From contig CAVQFQ010000017.1 in NCBI GenBank assembly GCA_963711835.1, positions 576,001 to 640,000 on the forward strand: a DNA stretch of 64,000 bases. The letters are read 5' to 3'. Below are positions 30,601 through 40,389 of the stretch, piece after piece. Below the pieces are notes generated by a model. The model had not been told where the DNA came from. It ran no database searches and saw only the letters and a list, made by a program, of their open reading frames with translations. The position numbers were made by a program, and so were the translations under genes. Every line of letters begins with the position of its first letter. Position 1 is the first letter of the stretch. The stretch comes from an uncultured delta proteobacterium (GTDB lineage Bacteria > Desulfobacterota > RBG-13-43-22).

Positions 30601-31677
30601 TTATATCCTCACAGAGCTATGATCGGAGACTTCCGGATTTACCGCATAAGCCGGCCTCTCTCCCCGTAAAACCGTTAGACAGGATTCGAGGGCCATCCAG
30701 CCCATCCTGTTCACGGCTTCATCGGTATGGGCCCCAACGTGGGCGGTAACGATAACTTGAGGAAAGGTTAAAAGGGGATTGTTGCTTTCAGGGGGTTCCT
30801 GGGAAAAACAATCCAAGGCCGCACCGCGCAGGAGTCCGTTCCGGATCGCTTCAGCCAGGGCCGGCTCGTCGACGAGCTCTCCCCGGGCCGTATTGATGAG
30901 AAAAGCCCCTGGTTTCATCCTAACAAGAAAATCCCGGTTGACCATCCCTGCTGTTTCCGGGGTCACGGCGGTATGGAGGGAAACGAAGTCGGCCTGGGAC
31001 AGAAGCCTGTCGAGAGGAACTATGTTAACACCCCACTGTTCTCCCCGGGAAACTTCCACATAGGGGTCATAGACCAGCAGATCGCAGCCGAAACCCTTCA
31101 ACCTTACGGCCACCTCTTTGCCTATGGCTCCAAAACCGATAAGCCCTATGGTCTTTTCGCCAAGGCCCAGGGCCTCTGTCCTGGGCCACTCTCCACGTTT
31201 GGTGCCCTCACAGACGGTCCAAAGTTGACGTGCCAGAGCCAGGATAAAAGTCAAGGTCAATTCAGCGACAGCCGCTGCATTGGCACCCGGGGTATTGGTT
31301 ACCCATATTTTTCTTTGAGTGGCCGCTTTGAGATCGACCCGGTCAACGCCGACCCCATAACGGGCTATTACCCTAAGCCTTGGGGCGGCCTGAATCACCG
31401 CTTCGTTGATTTCATCTAGTCCGGCGATGTATCCATCGATATCTTTCACCAGGGGAATCAACTCGGCTGCTTTTAACGGTCGGCTGGTAGGATTATAGAT
31501 CACCCAGCCGACAAAGGACTCCAGATCGGTTTTCAACCTGGGGTCATTTTTCCCATAAGAAGTCGGGGTGACCAATACCCGGCACTCCGAGAGTGGGCGA
31601 TTGTTGTCTCCTCCAGCCTTATCTAATGAAATCAATTGATCTGATAAGGGTCCTTCTTTCATGATTATCTTTATCAA
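30601..31677 (-). CDS. D-2-hydroxyacid dehydrogenase (phosphoglycerate dehydrogenase-like)
   Basis: RYGVGVD, NTPGAN, GFGAIG, INTARG and LDCFSQEP motifs. Confidence 0.9.
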   Translation of the reverse strand: MIKIIMKEGPLSDQLISLDKAGGDNNRPLSECRVLVTPTSYGKNDPRLKTDLESFVGWVIYNPTSRPLKAAELIPLVKDIDGYIAGLDEINEAVIQAAPRLRVIARYGVGVDRVDLKAATQRKIWVTNTPGANAAAVAELTLTFILALARQLWTVCEGTKRGEWPRTEALGLGEKTIGLIGFGAIGKEVAVRLKGFGCDLLVYDPYVEVSRGEQWGVNIVPLDRLLSQADFVSLHTAVTPETAGMVNRDFLVRMKPGAFLINTARGELVDEPALAEAIRNGLLRGAALDCFSQEPPESNNPLLTFPQVIVTAHVGAHTDEAVNRMGWMALESCLTVLRGERPAYAVNPEVSDHSSVRI

Positions 31678-31679
31678 TT

Positions 31680-32714
31680 CTACGGAAGAAGAATAACCTT
31701 GGCGGCCTCGAGATTTTCCAGAAGATGGAAGGCTTCATCCCACTTTTCCAAAGGCATGACATGGGTGATAAGCCGCTCGGCTTTCAACAACCCTTTAGAA
31801 ATAAGTCCCATACTGTGCTCCCAGGCAGTCCAACTGCTGGAAAAACAGAAGTCATAGCGGATGGCCTTAAAGATCCCCCGGTCATAAGGGATGGTCACCT
31901 CGTCCTTCCCCGAAATCCCGATGGCGCATACCCTTCCCAGCCTTCTTACCATTTCGAAGGTCTGAAAAATCGCCTTGCCGCCCCCGGAAGTCTCGATAAG
32001 GATATCCACCCCAAGCCCCTCCGTCCTCTTCAAGACCTCTTGGATCGGATCGATCCTGTCCACATTGATGGTAAAATCAGCCCCTAATTCTTGGGCCTTT
32101 TTAAACCGCACTCCCTCGTCCGTATCCCTGCCGGTGATCCCAACCAGTCTTGCTCCCGCGGCCTTGGTCATGACAAGGGCAATAAGACCGATCGGCCCCG
32201 GACCGGTAATGACCGCCGATTCCCCTGCCCGGAGAGAACAGCGCTCAATAATCGCCGTGAAGCAAACAGCGATAGGTTCCATGATGGCCCCTACCTCAAA
32301 GGGAATATGGTCGGGAAGACGATGCAGCAGTTTTGCCGGACCGGCAACATACTTGGCAAAGGCCCCATTGATCCCGATCCCGAAAGCCCTCTTCTGTTCG
32401 CAGACCTGGGGATAGCCGCTCTGGCAGGGATAACAGGTCCCGCAGGCCCCGGTCCTGGTTTCACTGACGATGCGGTCTCCGATCTTCCAGCCTTTTACCG
32501 TACCCCCCACATCGGCAATGACACCGGCGAATTCGTGCCCCAGTGTCATGGGCGGCCAGTAGGGATGACTGTCATGGAAGATATGAAGGTCGCTGCCGCA
32601 AACCGAGGCGGCCTTGACCTCCACCAGGACTTCGTCGTCCTTGATCTTCGGTTCAGGGACCTCCCTCATTTCCACCAGACCTTTTCCTTTTCCATATTTT
32701 ACCAGAGCCTTCAT
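31680..32714 (-). CDS. Zn-dependent medium-chain dehydrogenase (polyol/aldonate dehydrogenase-like)
   Basis: CGSDLH, GHEFAG, CGTCYPC..G...C and GPGPIG motifs. Confidence 0.9.
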   Translation of the reverse strand: MKALVKYGKGKGLVEMREVPEPKIKDDEVLVEVKAASVCGSDLHIFHDSHPYWPPMTLGHEFAGVIADVGGTVKGWKIGDRIVSETRTGACGTCYPCQSGYPQVCEQKRAFGIGINGAFAKYVAGPAKLLHRLPDHIPFEVGAIMEPIAVCFTAIIERCSLRAGESAVITGPGPIGLIALVMTKAAGARLVGITGRDTDEGVRFKKAQELGADFTINVDRIDPIQEVLKRTEGLGVDILIETSGGGKAIFQTFEMVRRLGRVCAIGISGKDEVTIPYDRGIFKAIRYDFCFSSSWTAWEHSMGLISKGLLKAERLITHVMPLEKWDEAFHLLENLEAAKVILLP

Positions 32715-32728
32715 CTCTTCTCCCTCAA

Positions 32729-34009
32729 CTATTGAACGTTTTCCACCACCGGCAGGATTTCTCCTCCCTTTTTGAGCACGGCAACCTGGGCCTCATTCCC
32801 CAGCCGATCAAAGGCGATATCGAGGGCCTCCTGAGGTGTTGCCGCATAGGTTAGCCCAAGTTTTTCTGTTTCTTGTTTTGATATGCCTGCCGATACGAGG
32901 ATCCCCTGGGCCCTTTCTTTGATCACCCTTCCCACATGAACGAGATGGGCCGCGGCGGTCAGTTTGGAAAATTTTCCTTCACGCACCATTTCTTCTACTA
33001 CCGAATAAGGATGGTAGCCTGTCTCAAGCACCTCAGGATGGCTGGTTGAGACCCCTTCCGGACAGGGTGAGACCAGGATGACGATGCCCCCTTGACGGAC
33101 GGCCAGTTCAGCAGCGTAAATCCCTTTGGAAGAAAGCCACAGCTCTGAATCGTAGGGGTGAGAGTCGGTGATGACAATATCCGCTTCCCGGGGTAAAACA
33201 GACCGGTAGATATTATAGGACAGGGAAGCACCGACCCGGTAGGCCTCAACCGGATCTCCTGCAACCACGCCTGCCAGCCTTCCGGAATCATCGAGGATGC
33301 AGTTCATGATCCAGGCCAGCCCGGCCTGGAGGGCGACCTTTTCGATTTCCTGCTTTACCGGATTATCGGCCTTTCCGAGGATATCCCTTCCGGAAAACCT
33401 GGCAGCCAGCCAATGGGTCTTGCCGGTTGTCTCCTCACCGCAGATCCCGGGCTGGACGATATTCCCACCACCGCTGAATCCTGAAACGCGGTGGGGAACA
33501 ATCTGACCGATCCCGATAATAAAATCGGCTTCACCGGCAAGTCTGTTGACATAAATCGGGATATGGCTATCGGTTTCCCCCAGGTAGGTGAGCTGGGCAG
33601 GGTCCCACCAGGCATGATTCAATACGGGATAGAGGGAAGCAATCTCCTGGCCGAGTTTACGGGCAATTTCTTCCTCATTCATGGGCTGGTGGGTTCCAAG
33701 GCCTATAAGAAAGTTGATCTCATGGGACCCGCTCCGGCCTTCGCCCAGCTCTTCAAGGAGGTAGGGAAGGATAGTCGCCACCGGTGTCATCCGGGTCTGG
33801 TCATCCACGACAATGAGGATCTTCTTTTTCCCCCGGATTTGATGCGACAGGCGGCTTGCCTGTATGGGTCGGATCAAGGCCTCTCTGATCAACTCTTCGG
33901 GGCTTTTCTCAATTTCTATTGCTGAAGGGGAGAAGATTCCCAGGAGATTTTTTTCGGGAATGATCACCGGGGTCACTTCATTATAAGGGAAAGGGATGGT
34001 AACCGCCAT
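32729..34009 (-). CDS. LarA-family nickel-pincer-dependent 2-hydroxyacid racemase/epimerase
   Basis: DDQTRMTP, LGTHQP, NH, LGET, PH..SGFSGG..IVQPG and CPEG motifs. Confidence 0.88.
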   Translation of the reverse strand: MAVTIPFPYNEVTPVIIPEKNLLGIFSPSAIEIEKSPEELIREALIRPIQASRLSHQIRGKKKILIVVDDQTRMTPVATILPYLLEELGEGRSGSHEINFLIGLGTHQPMNEEEIARKLGQEIASLYPVLNHAWWDPAQLTYLGETDSHIPIYVNRLAGEADFIIGIGQIVPHRVSGFSGGGNIVQPGICGEETTGKTHWLAARFSGRDILGKADNPVKQEIEKVALQAGLAWIMNCILDDSGRLAGVVAGDPVEAYRVGASLSYNIYRSVLPREADIVITDSHPYDSELWLSSKGIYAAELAVRQGGIVILVSPCPEGVSTSHPEVLETGYHPYSVVEEMVREGKFSKLTAAAHLVHVGRVIKERAQGILVSAGISKQETEKLGLTYAATPQEALDIAFDRLGNEAQVAVLKKGGEILPVVENVQ

Positions 34010-34015
34010 CTTGTT

Positions 34016-34666
34016 CTACGCCTCCTTGGCTTCCCGGATGGCTTGGATGAAGGCCCTGGTGTTCTCAGTGATCAATGAGTATTTCTTGTCCTTGATGGCT
34101 TTTTTATCCGTCAGCTCTCCACCGACCGCAACTGCCGAGGCCCCTGCCCTGATAAAATCTCCGGCGTTTTTCAGATTAACCCCCCCCGAGGGCATAAGAA
34201 GGACCTGGGGTAACGGCCCTCGGATGGCCTTCACGTATCCGGCCCCTCCCACCAAGTCGGCGGGAAAGACCTTGACCATGTCGGAACCCGCCTCCCAGGC
34301 CGTAAGGATCTCGGTGGGTGTCATGGCCCCGGCAATGACAACGACACTGTAACGGTGAGCAAGCCGGATCAACTCAATGTTGACCGTCGGGCTGACAATG
34401 AACTGTGCCCCGGCCAAGAGGGCTATCCTGCAGGTCTCGGGATCAAGTACCGTGCCGGCACCAACAATCAGCTTATTTTTAAATGTTCCCTTGAGTTCTT
34501 TGATGACTTCGATTCCCCCGGGAACCGTCATGGTGATTTCCAAAAAACTTGCCCCGCCATCCTTGATAGCCTTGGCTACCTCGATCGCCTCCTTGGCAGA
34601 AGATGCCCTTATGAGGGGGATCAGTCCCTCTGCCAGCATTTTGTCGAAAATTTCCCTTTTCTCCAT
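34016..34666 (-). CDS. eda: KDPG/KHG aldolase
   Basis: EIT, GAGTVLD, AQFIVSP, GAMTPTE, VKVFPA and MPSGGV motifs; likely start MEKRE at 34666. Confidence 0.9.
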   Translation of the reverse strand: MEKREIFDKMLAEGLIPLIRASSAKEAIEVAKAIKDGGASFLEITMTVPGGIEVIKELKGTFKNKLIVGAGTVLDPETCRIALLAGAQFIVSPTVNIELIRLAHRYSVVVIAGAMTPTEILTAWEAGSDMVKVFPADLVGGAGYVKAIRGPLPQVLLMPSGGVNLKNAGDFIRAGASAVAVGGELTDKKAIKDKKYSLITENTRAFIQAIREAKEA

Positions 34667-34694
34667 GGTTCTCCTTTTTGCAGTTAAGTTCAAT

Positions 34695-35705
34695 TTATTT
34701 CATACCCCTTCTCAACAAGGGTCGCATCAAAAGGACGAATTCTTCCTTAGAAAATCCATAGGGCCCGGAGAGGTCTTTAAGCCTTTCCAGACTGACTTTC
34801 TTTCTCTCCCGGTTCCCTTCAAGGACCTTAAAAAATTCCTCGAAATGTTTCAGATGGGCAAATTCCGGGATATCTTTCATAGCCAATTCCATTTTCCTGC
34901 CTGCCAGACCCCAGAGATAGATAAGCTCCGAGACCGGTGAGACCACTACAGGATGACAACCGCCGGGGATAGCCATGAGGCACTTATCGGTTATCAGATA
35001 GGCTTTTCTAAGCCTCTGGCCATCCATCAGGATCTGAACCCCATAAGGATCATATTCATCCTTCCCCTTTTTCTCCCAACTGAAACGGTGGTAGTAGATT
35101 TCTTCGTGGTCCGATTCACCTGAGGGCAGGGCATCCCGGTCATGTCTGTGAAGGGGCGTTCCGGACCAGAATCCTGGCGGGCTGTAGGTTTCCCCTACGA
35201 TCAGGTTGGAGCTCCCGTCATTAGGGCTGACCAGGGAGACGACATCCCTTCTCCAGACCCAGTCTCCGCGGGAGACTACCGATGTCTCGGCTGAAGAACG
35301 GTAAAAGGGTATTTTTGGGCTGAGGGCCGGTGCTTCAAAAAAGGCCGTTTCACCTTCTCCCCGGATCTTCAGGCTTGAATTTGACGGGATATAGAGGGCT
35401 GAGGCGTTGGTCTTTCCCGGTCCTAAGGCGAAAGGTCCTCCCCTGCGCTCCCCATTGAAACGCTCTCCATTCACCTCGGCATCAAATGCACCCTCCTGGG
35501 GCACGAGGACCATCTCTCTTTCTCCAGTTTCCTTAAAGATATACTCCGAAGTCAGCCGAAGGATACCGAAACCAAGAATTTCCAAGGGGATTTCCTCTAA
35601 AAGGGGGTCCAGGAGGAGTCCGCTGGTAAGACCGTCATACTTGATGATGGGATCGACTTGGTTCTTTTCGATCCTCCCGGCATATTTTTCCATTGTGCTT
35701 TCCAT
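34695..35705 (-). CDS. IolB/KduI-family cupin isomerase (5-deoxyglucuronate isomerase-like)
   Basis: LIVGET..P.G.WS..P.H.HD, EEIYY and PGGCHPVV motifs. Confidence 0.8.
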   Translation of the reverse strand: MESTMEKYAGRIEKNQVDPIIKYDGLTSGLLLDPLLEEIPLEILGFGILRLTSEYIFKETGEREMVLVPQEGAFDAEVNGERFNGERRGGPFALGPGKTNASALYIPSNSSLKIRGEGETAFFEAPALSPKIPFYRSSAETSVVSRGDWVWRRDVVSLVSPNDGSSNLIVGETYSPPGFWSGTPLHRHDRDALPSGESDHEEIYYHRFSWEKKGKDEYDPYGVQILMDGQRLRKAYLITDKCLMAIPGGCHPVVVSPVSELIYLWGLAGRKMELAMKDIPEFAHLKHFEEFFKVLEGNRERKKVSLERLKDLSGPYGFSKEEFVLLMRPLLRRGMK

Positions 35706-35896
35706 TAGATTTTTTCTCCTTGGCGTTTATGACAGATTCGTAAAAAGTAGGGGCCGATGGGTCATCTTTTCAGGGTGGTCCACCTTAAGGTCAGAAGCTT
35801 CTTTCCCGGGCCAAAACTTGAATGGTGTTTCAGGAGCAGGCCTACACCAAAGCTGGAAATGAGCTTTGGTGTAGGCCCTGTTTCCGATTATCGATC

Positions 35897-37117
35897 TTAT
35901 TCCTTTTTCAATTCAACCCGCCGTCCCTCCTCGGCCGATTGATAGGCGGCATAAATGATTTCCACCACGTCCCTGGCCAGGAGAATGCCGGAGACCGGCT
36001 CCCGGTCCTCGATCAAGGCATCCACAAAGTCCTCCATTTCCTGGGGGTAACCCCGGACCCAGTCTTCATCAGGGCTGGGGAAGTTCCAGCCGGCCTTGGT
36101 CTCCAGTTTCTCGGCGAGGTACTCATCTCCGAAAATATGTCCTTCCGGGGCATAGACTTCCAGTGTATTATGGGGATTTATGTTCACATTGACCACGGCG
36201 TTGGAAAGATAAACGTTCATGGTATTACGCACTCCTCCAAGGACCCCGTCCGAGGAAAAGACCGTGGCGGCAGAGAGGTCTTCGAAGGTGATGACCATCA
36301 CACCCCAGTCTTCGACATCTTCCCAGGCCGAGGCCAGATATTTCTTTTTTTCTTTTACAAAGCTGTCCATCTTGGTGTGCTGCCCGATTTCAGCCATGAC
36401 CGATTTGGCCCGGATAGGCTGTCCGGATTTAATCAGACCTTCGTAATGCTTCAGGTGAAGAACCCCACCGACCGGATGGGCACCCAGGCGCATCAGCGAT
36501 CCGCCTCCCGAGGTTTTCCATTTTCTCGAGTAGGGGGCGACAGATCCCGAATGACTTTGTTCGGCCCGGATATCCATGATCGCACCTTCACTGGCTTTGA
36601 TCAGGTTCTTCAGTTTCGTCAGGGGAGGGGCATAGATCCAGTTTTCCGCATAGAGGAACTTGACCTTATTCTTCTCGACGGCCTTCATCACCCGATGACA
36701 GGACTTCCGGGTCTCCTCAAGCATTTCTGCCTTCTTGACGGAAAACCCGACATGTTCCTCCGGCCGGTCCTTACCGAAAAATCCGGTCAGCGGTTTTTCG
36801 CAAATGATATGTTTACCAGCCTCGGCCGCTTCCACACAGAAATCCTCGTGCAGGTCCGTGGGGATGCAGAGATCGACCAGGTCGATATCCTTCCTGTCGA
36901 GAATACGGCGGTAATCGTCATAGTAATCGGGGATCCCGTATTGTTCGGCGATGCTTTCCGCATGATTAATCTGGTTGGAGGCCACGGCGACCACCTCGGC
37001 CTTTATCCCCCTTAATTTTGATAGGTTGTTCAGGTGCAGTCGGGCGGCAAATTGAGAACCGACCATTCCTATTCTTACCCTGGTCCTGGTCATGACAAGC
37101 TGTTTCCTTTCACCCAT
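35897..37117 (-). CDS. Gfo/Idh/MocA oxidoreductase
   Basis: Rossmann N-terminus, HIICEKP, YAENW and GGGSL..LG.H motifs. Confidence 0.9.
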   Translation of the reverse strand: MGERKQLVMTRTRVRIGMVGSQFAARLHLNNLSKLRGIKAEVVAVASNQINHAESIAEQYGIPDYYDDYRRILDRKDIDLVDLCIPTDLHEDFCVEAAEAGKHIICEKPLTGFFGKDRPEEHVGFSVKKAEMLEETRKSCHRVMKAVEKNKVKFLYAENWIYAPPLTKLKNLIKASEGAIMDIRAEQSHSGSVAPYSRKWKTSGGGSLMRLGAHPVGGVLHLKHYEGLIKSGQPIRAKSVMAEIGQHTKMDSFVKEKKKYLASAWEDVEDWGVMVITFEDLSAATVFSSDGVLGGVRNTMNVYLSNAVVNVNINPHNTLEVYAPEGHIFGDEYLAEKLETKAGWNFPSPDEDWVRGYPQEMEDFVDALIEDREPVSGILLARDVVEIIYAAYQSAEEGRRVELKKE

Positions 37118-37197
37118 CTCTCTCCGGCCTTCCCGGCCCCAATATTTTTTTTCAAAAATTTTAAGCCGGCATCAGCCCGTGGCAAGGGGTTTCTCTT

Positions 37198-38349
37198 TCA
37201 TTTTGAAGGATAGGATGCATTTCCCACAATTTTTGGTTGGTATCCATTTTTTTCCAAGATATCCGGTCTGATAAAACGTATCCCCTCGGCCTCCATGGTG
37301 AGTGTAGGATAAATCACCGGTTTAGTGATCGGCTCCGGTCCTTCCGATGTGGCCAGTATCGTATCCTCGGACTTGGTTCCGGTAATAGACGGATTCCAGG
37401 TGAAGGCCTGATTTTCCTGGATGATGTCCGGGGTTTCAAAATTGACCCGGTAATCCCTTCCCGTATATCCGATGGAACCGCCCTGGTGATGAAGCTTCCA
37501 CTCCACCGGAAAACCCATCTTCTTATAGGCTTTAATTCCTCGGTCAAGGACTTCCCCGGCCGGAATCCCCGGTTTAGTATGGGCCATGAAAGTGCAATCA
37601 ATGAAAACATTGGCCTCATATTTTTTCCGAAGTTCCTCCGAAACCTTTCCGAAATGGATAAAACGGGTCAGGGAAACAATGAGCCCCCATTTTCTGGCGT
37701 TCACCGAAACCATAAGCATTTGGTCAATCTTTTTCTCCGAGGGTATGGGATGGCGAAACAGGGTGACGCGATCGTCTGCCGCAGCCATAAGTGTAACCGG
37801 ATCAATCCTGTCCCTCCAGAGTTCATTACAGAGTCTTCCCACAACTCCTGATTCCTTTTCCCCTCTCTGGGTCTCCATAAGGGTCTTTTCCAAGGCGTAG
37901 GAGACCTTTTCCCCGAGCCAGCGATACCGTTCAATCTCTTCAAGAGTAAGGCTGTAGCGGAGGCGGGCGATCTCTTCGGTCATCACCTTCGCCTCCGGGA
38001 AAGGTACATCGGATCCCAGAGATCCCTTGTCCATCAACTCTTTGACGATCGCTTGTTCCTGTTCATCGTGCCAGGGGAAAATCTTGATAATAAAACCTTG
38101 CTTTTCCAGACCTTCCTCAAGGATCATTCGCGGGGCTTCAATGTTGTTGGAAAGCACAAACTTCTTTTGTTCTGTGATGAGCAGGGAGGCGGCCCCAAAC
38201 TCGGTCGTAATACCCACGAGATTGAGGCCGCCCCCGGTCAGCCATGAAAAATTGGCCTGCCGTTTAAGAAGGAGCCCTTTAAGACTATTACCCTGCAGAA
38301 AATCCCTTATTCTTCGTTCCTTTTCCTTGATCTCTTCAGGAAGCGCCAT
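37198..38349 (-). CDS. M24/creatinase-fold hydrolase
   Basis: NFSWLTGG, FRHP, SLTR, HHQGG and WNPS..GTKSEDT motifs. Confidence 0.82.
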   Translation of the reverse strand: MALPEEIKEKERRIRDFLQGNSLKGLLLKRQANFSWLTGGGLNLVGITTEFGAASLLITEQKKFVLSNNIEAPRMILEEGLEKQGFIIKIFPWHDEQEQAIVKELMDKGSLGSDVPFPEAKVMTEEIARLRYSLTLEEIERYRWLGEKVSYALEKTLMETQRGEKESGVVGRLCNELWRDRIDPVTLMAAADDRVTLFRHPIPSEKKIDQMLMVSVNARKWGLIVSLTRFIHFGKVSEELRKKYEANVFIDCTFMAHTKPGIPAGEVLDRGIKAYKKMGFPVEWKLHHQGGSIGYTGRDYRVNFETPDIIQENQAFTWNPSITGTKSEDTILATSEGPEPITKPVIYPTLTMEAEGIRFIRPDILEKNGYQPKIVGNASYPSK

Positions 38350-38364
38350 ATTTCACCATTTTAT

Positions 38365-39351
38365 TTACTGGGCCAGTATTTCAGCCCAGGTGGTCACCGG
38401 CCATTCCGTCTTGAAGAGCCCTTCTACAGCAGGTTTTGCTTTTTCCCTAAACAAATCCGCATCAGGGATGATCACCTGCATCCCTTTGCGCTGCAGGTCG
38501 ATAAGCAATTTGAGCTCATCCTTCTTCATCTTTTCGTTGGCCCAATTGGCGGCTTCCTTGGCGGTCTTCAGGATCAGATCTTGATCCACTTTTGACAATC
38601 CATCGAAAAAGGTCTTGTTGATCATGATCCCTCCGGTCTGGACCAGATGATTGGTCATGGTGAGAAAAGTCTGAACCTCATCCAGTTTAAAAGAGGCCAC
38701 CTGTCCCAAGTCACCCTCTGAGGCATCCGCCTTGCCTTCCTTCAAAGATTTGTAGAGTTCGGGAAGGGGAATGGGTACGGGATCTGCTCCCATCTCTTTC
38801 CAAACGGCAATCCAGGTCTTTACGGTCGGCAGTCGAAGTTTCATTCCATAGACGTCGGCCGGGGTATAAAGGGGTTTTTTCGATGTTGTCTGACGGAGCC
38901 CTCGGGAGACCAGCTCCAGATACTTGACGTTTCCGGTCTTCTCCACTTGTTCCCGGGCCTTCTTCCCGATGTTTCCTTCCCAGACCCTCAGGACATGGCT
39001 GAGATCCTTAAAGACATAAGGAGCGTTCAGGAAGAAATACTGGGGGCCGAAGATCTCGAGGGCCCGGTGGCCGTTCGATTGCATTTCCATAGCCCCTTTG
39101 CTGCACAAATCGTTAATCTCTTCTTCGGATTTCACCCCGGCCTGCACTTCGACTGTAATCCGGCTGCCGCTCCCCTTTTCGATCAATTCTTTAAATTTCT
39201 CAGCAGCCTCAACCAGGATATGGCCGGACTTGAATGGACTGCCGATGCGAATGGCCGTCTTTTCTGCCGCGACGGCCCCATTTGCCCCGGCTATGAGTAA
39301 GCCCAACAGGGCAATCGATAAAAGAAAAAGATTTAACTTTGAGTTCTTCAT
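38365..39351 (-). CDS. TRAP transporter solute-binding protein DctP
   Basis: Signal peptide; G.RQ, GMKLR and MGADPVP....ELY..L..G..D motifs. Confidence 0.9.
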   Translation of the reverse strand: MKNSKLNLFLLSIALLGLLIAGANGAVAAEKTAIRIGSPFKSGHILVEAAEKFKELIEKGSGSRITVEVQAGVKSEEEINDLCSKGAMEMQSNGHRALEIFGPQYFFLNAPYVFKDLSHVLRVWEGNIGKKAREQVEKTGNVKYLELVSRGLRQTTSKKPLYTPADVYGMKLRLPTVKTWIAVWKEMGADPVPIPLPELYKSLKEGKADASEGDLGQVASFKLDEVQTFLTMTNHLVQTGGIMINKTFFDGLSKVDQDLILKTAKEAANWANEKMKKDELKLLIDLQRKGMQVIIPDADLFREKAKPAVEGLFKTEWPVTTWAEILAQ

Positions 39352-39375
39352 GATCTTTCCCCCTTTTTTGTAAAA

Positions 39376-40326
39376 TTATTTTTTAATGTCAGCCACCAGC
39401 TTGCCAAAGAATTCATGGTCCTTGGCTAAAAGCTTCTCGAATTCCTCCGGACTCAGATAATGGAGTTCCACCGACATGTCCTTGGCATTTTTCTTGAATA
39501 CAGGATCATCCATCCCCTTTTTGAAAGCGTCATGAAGCTTTTTAATCACATCCGCAGGGGTTCCTTTGGGGGCAGCCAGTCCTCGCCACATCCCCATGGA
39601 GAAATTGATGCCCTGTTCCTTGACTGTCGGTACATTGGAAAAGAGCTCAAGTCTCTTATCCGCGAAGAGGGCGATGATCTTCAGCTTTCCGGCTTGAATC
39701 TGACTTATCCCTTCAGGGGGGGAAACCGACACGGCGTTGATATGTCCCCCGAGAAGGGCGGTGACCGAAGGTCCTCCGCCGGAGAAGGGAATATGGTTCA
39801 ATTTAATACCGGCGGCCTTTTCAAAGGCCAGGGCAACCAGATGGACTCCTCCGCCCGCCCCCGAGTTGCCCACGGTAATCATATTTGGATTCTTTTTTGC
39901 GTAGTCCACAAATTCCTTCAGGCTCTTCCAGGGGGCATCCGCCCTGACCAGGAACATCGAGGGATCATTGACCACATTAATGACCGGGTCAAAGTTTTTA
40001 TAGGTGAATGCGGTCTTTACCTGATGGGGGAGTATGGTTAGAGGAGTAATGGCAGAAGTGAGCGTATACCCATCGGGTTTGGCCTGGGCAGCCTCCGTAT
40101 AACCCACGGCCCCGCCGCCGCCCGGCCTGTTGACCACCACCACCGCTTTGCCCAGGTATTTTCCCGTGGTTGCCGCCAGGGCACGAAAAACAAGATCCGT
40201 TGCACCGCCGGCGGCCCAGGGAATAATGATCTGGACTTCCCTTGTTGGAAATTCGGTTGCCTGGACAGGCACCATTCCACTGAGGACGAAAATCATAAAA
40301 ACGACTAATAAGGTTCTTCGTTTCAT
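39376..40326 (-). CDS. tctC: Tripartite tricarboxylate transporter substrate-binding protein TctC
   Basis: PWAAGGATD, NRPGGGG, PDGYT, VPTVKEQG and WRGL.APKGTP motifs. Confidence 0.92.
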   Translation of the reverse strand: MKRRTLLVVFMIFVLSGMVPVQATEFPTREVQIIIPWAAGGATDLVFRALAATTGKYLGKAVVVVNRPGGGGAVGYTEAAQAKPDGYTLTSAITPLTILPHQVKTAFTYKNFDPVINVVNDPSMFLVRADAPWKSLKEFVDYAKKNPNMITVGNSGAGGGVHLVALAFEKAAGIKLNHIPFSGGGPSVTALLGGHINAVSVSPPEGISQIQAGKLKIIALFADKRLELFSNVPTVKEQGINFSMGMWRGLAAPKGTPADVIKKLHDAFKKGMDDPVFKKNAKDMSVELHYLSPEEFEKLLAKDHEFFGKLVADIKK

Positions 40327-40389
40327 TGCAATCCCTCCCTTTAACTTAAGAAATTAAATGTTTAAAATTTGAAACCATTAATGGCCGGA

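Noticed and set aside
35822-37015. 397-aa plus-strand ORF and similar long antisense ORFs (e.g. 51279-52103, 11089-11820, 22555-23280)
   Set aside because: Shadow frames opposite well-supported genes, with no motifs or SD.
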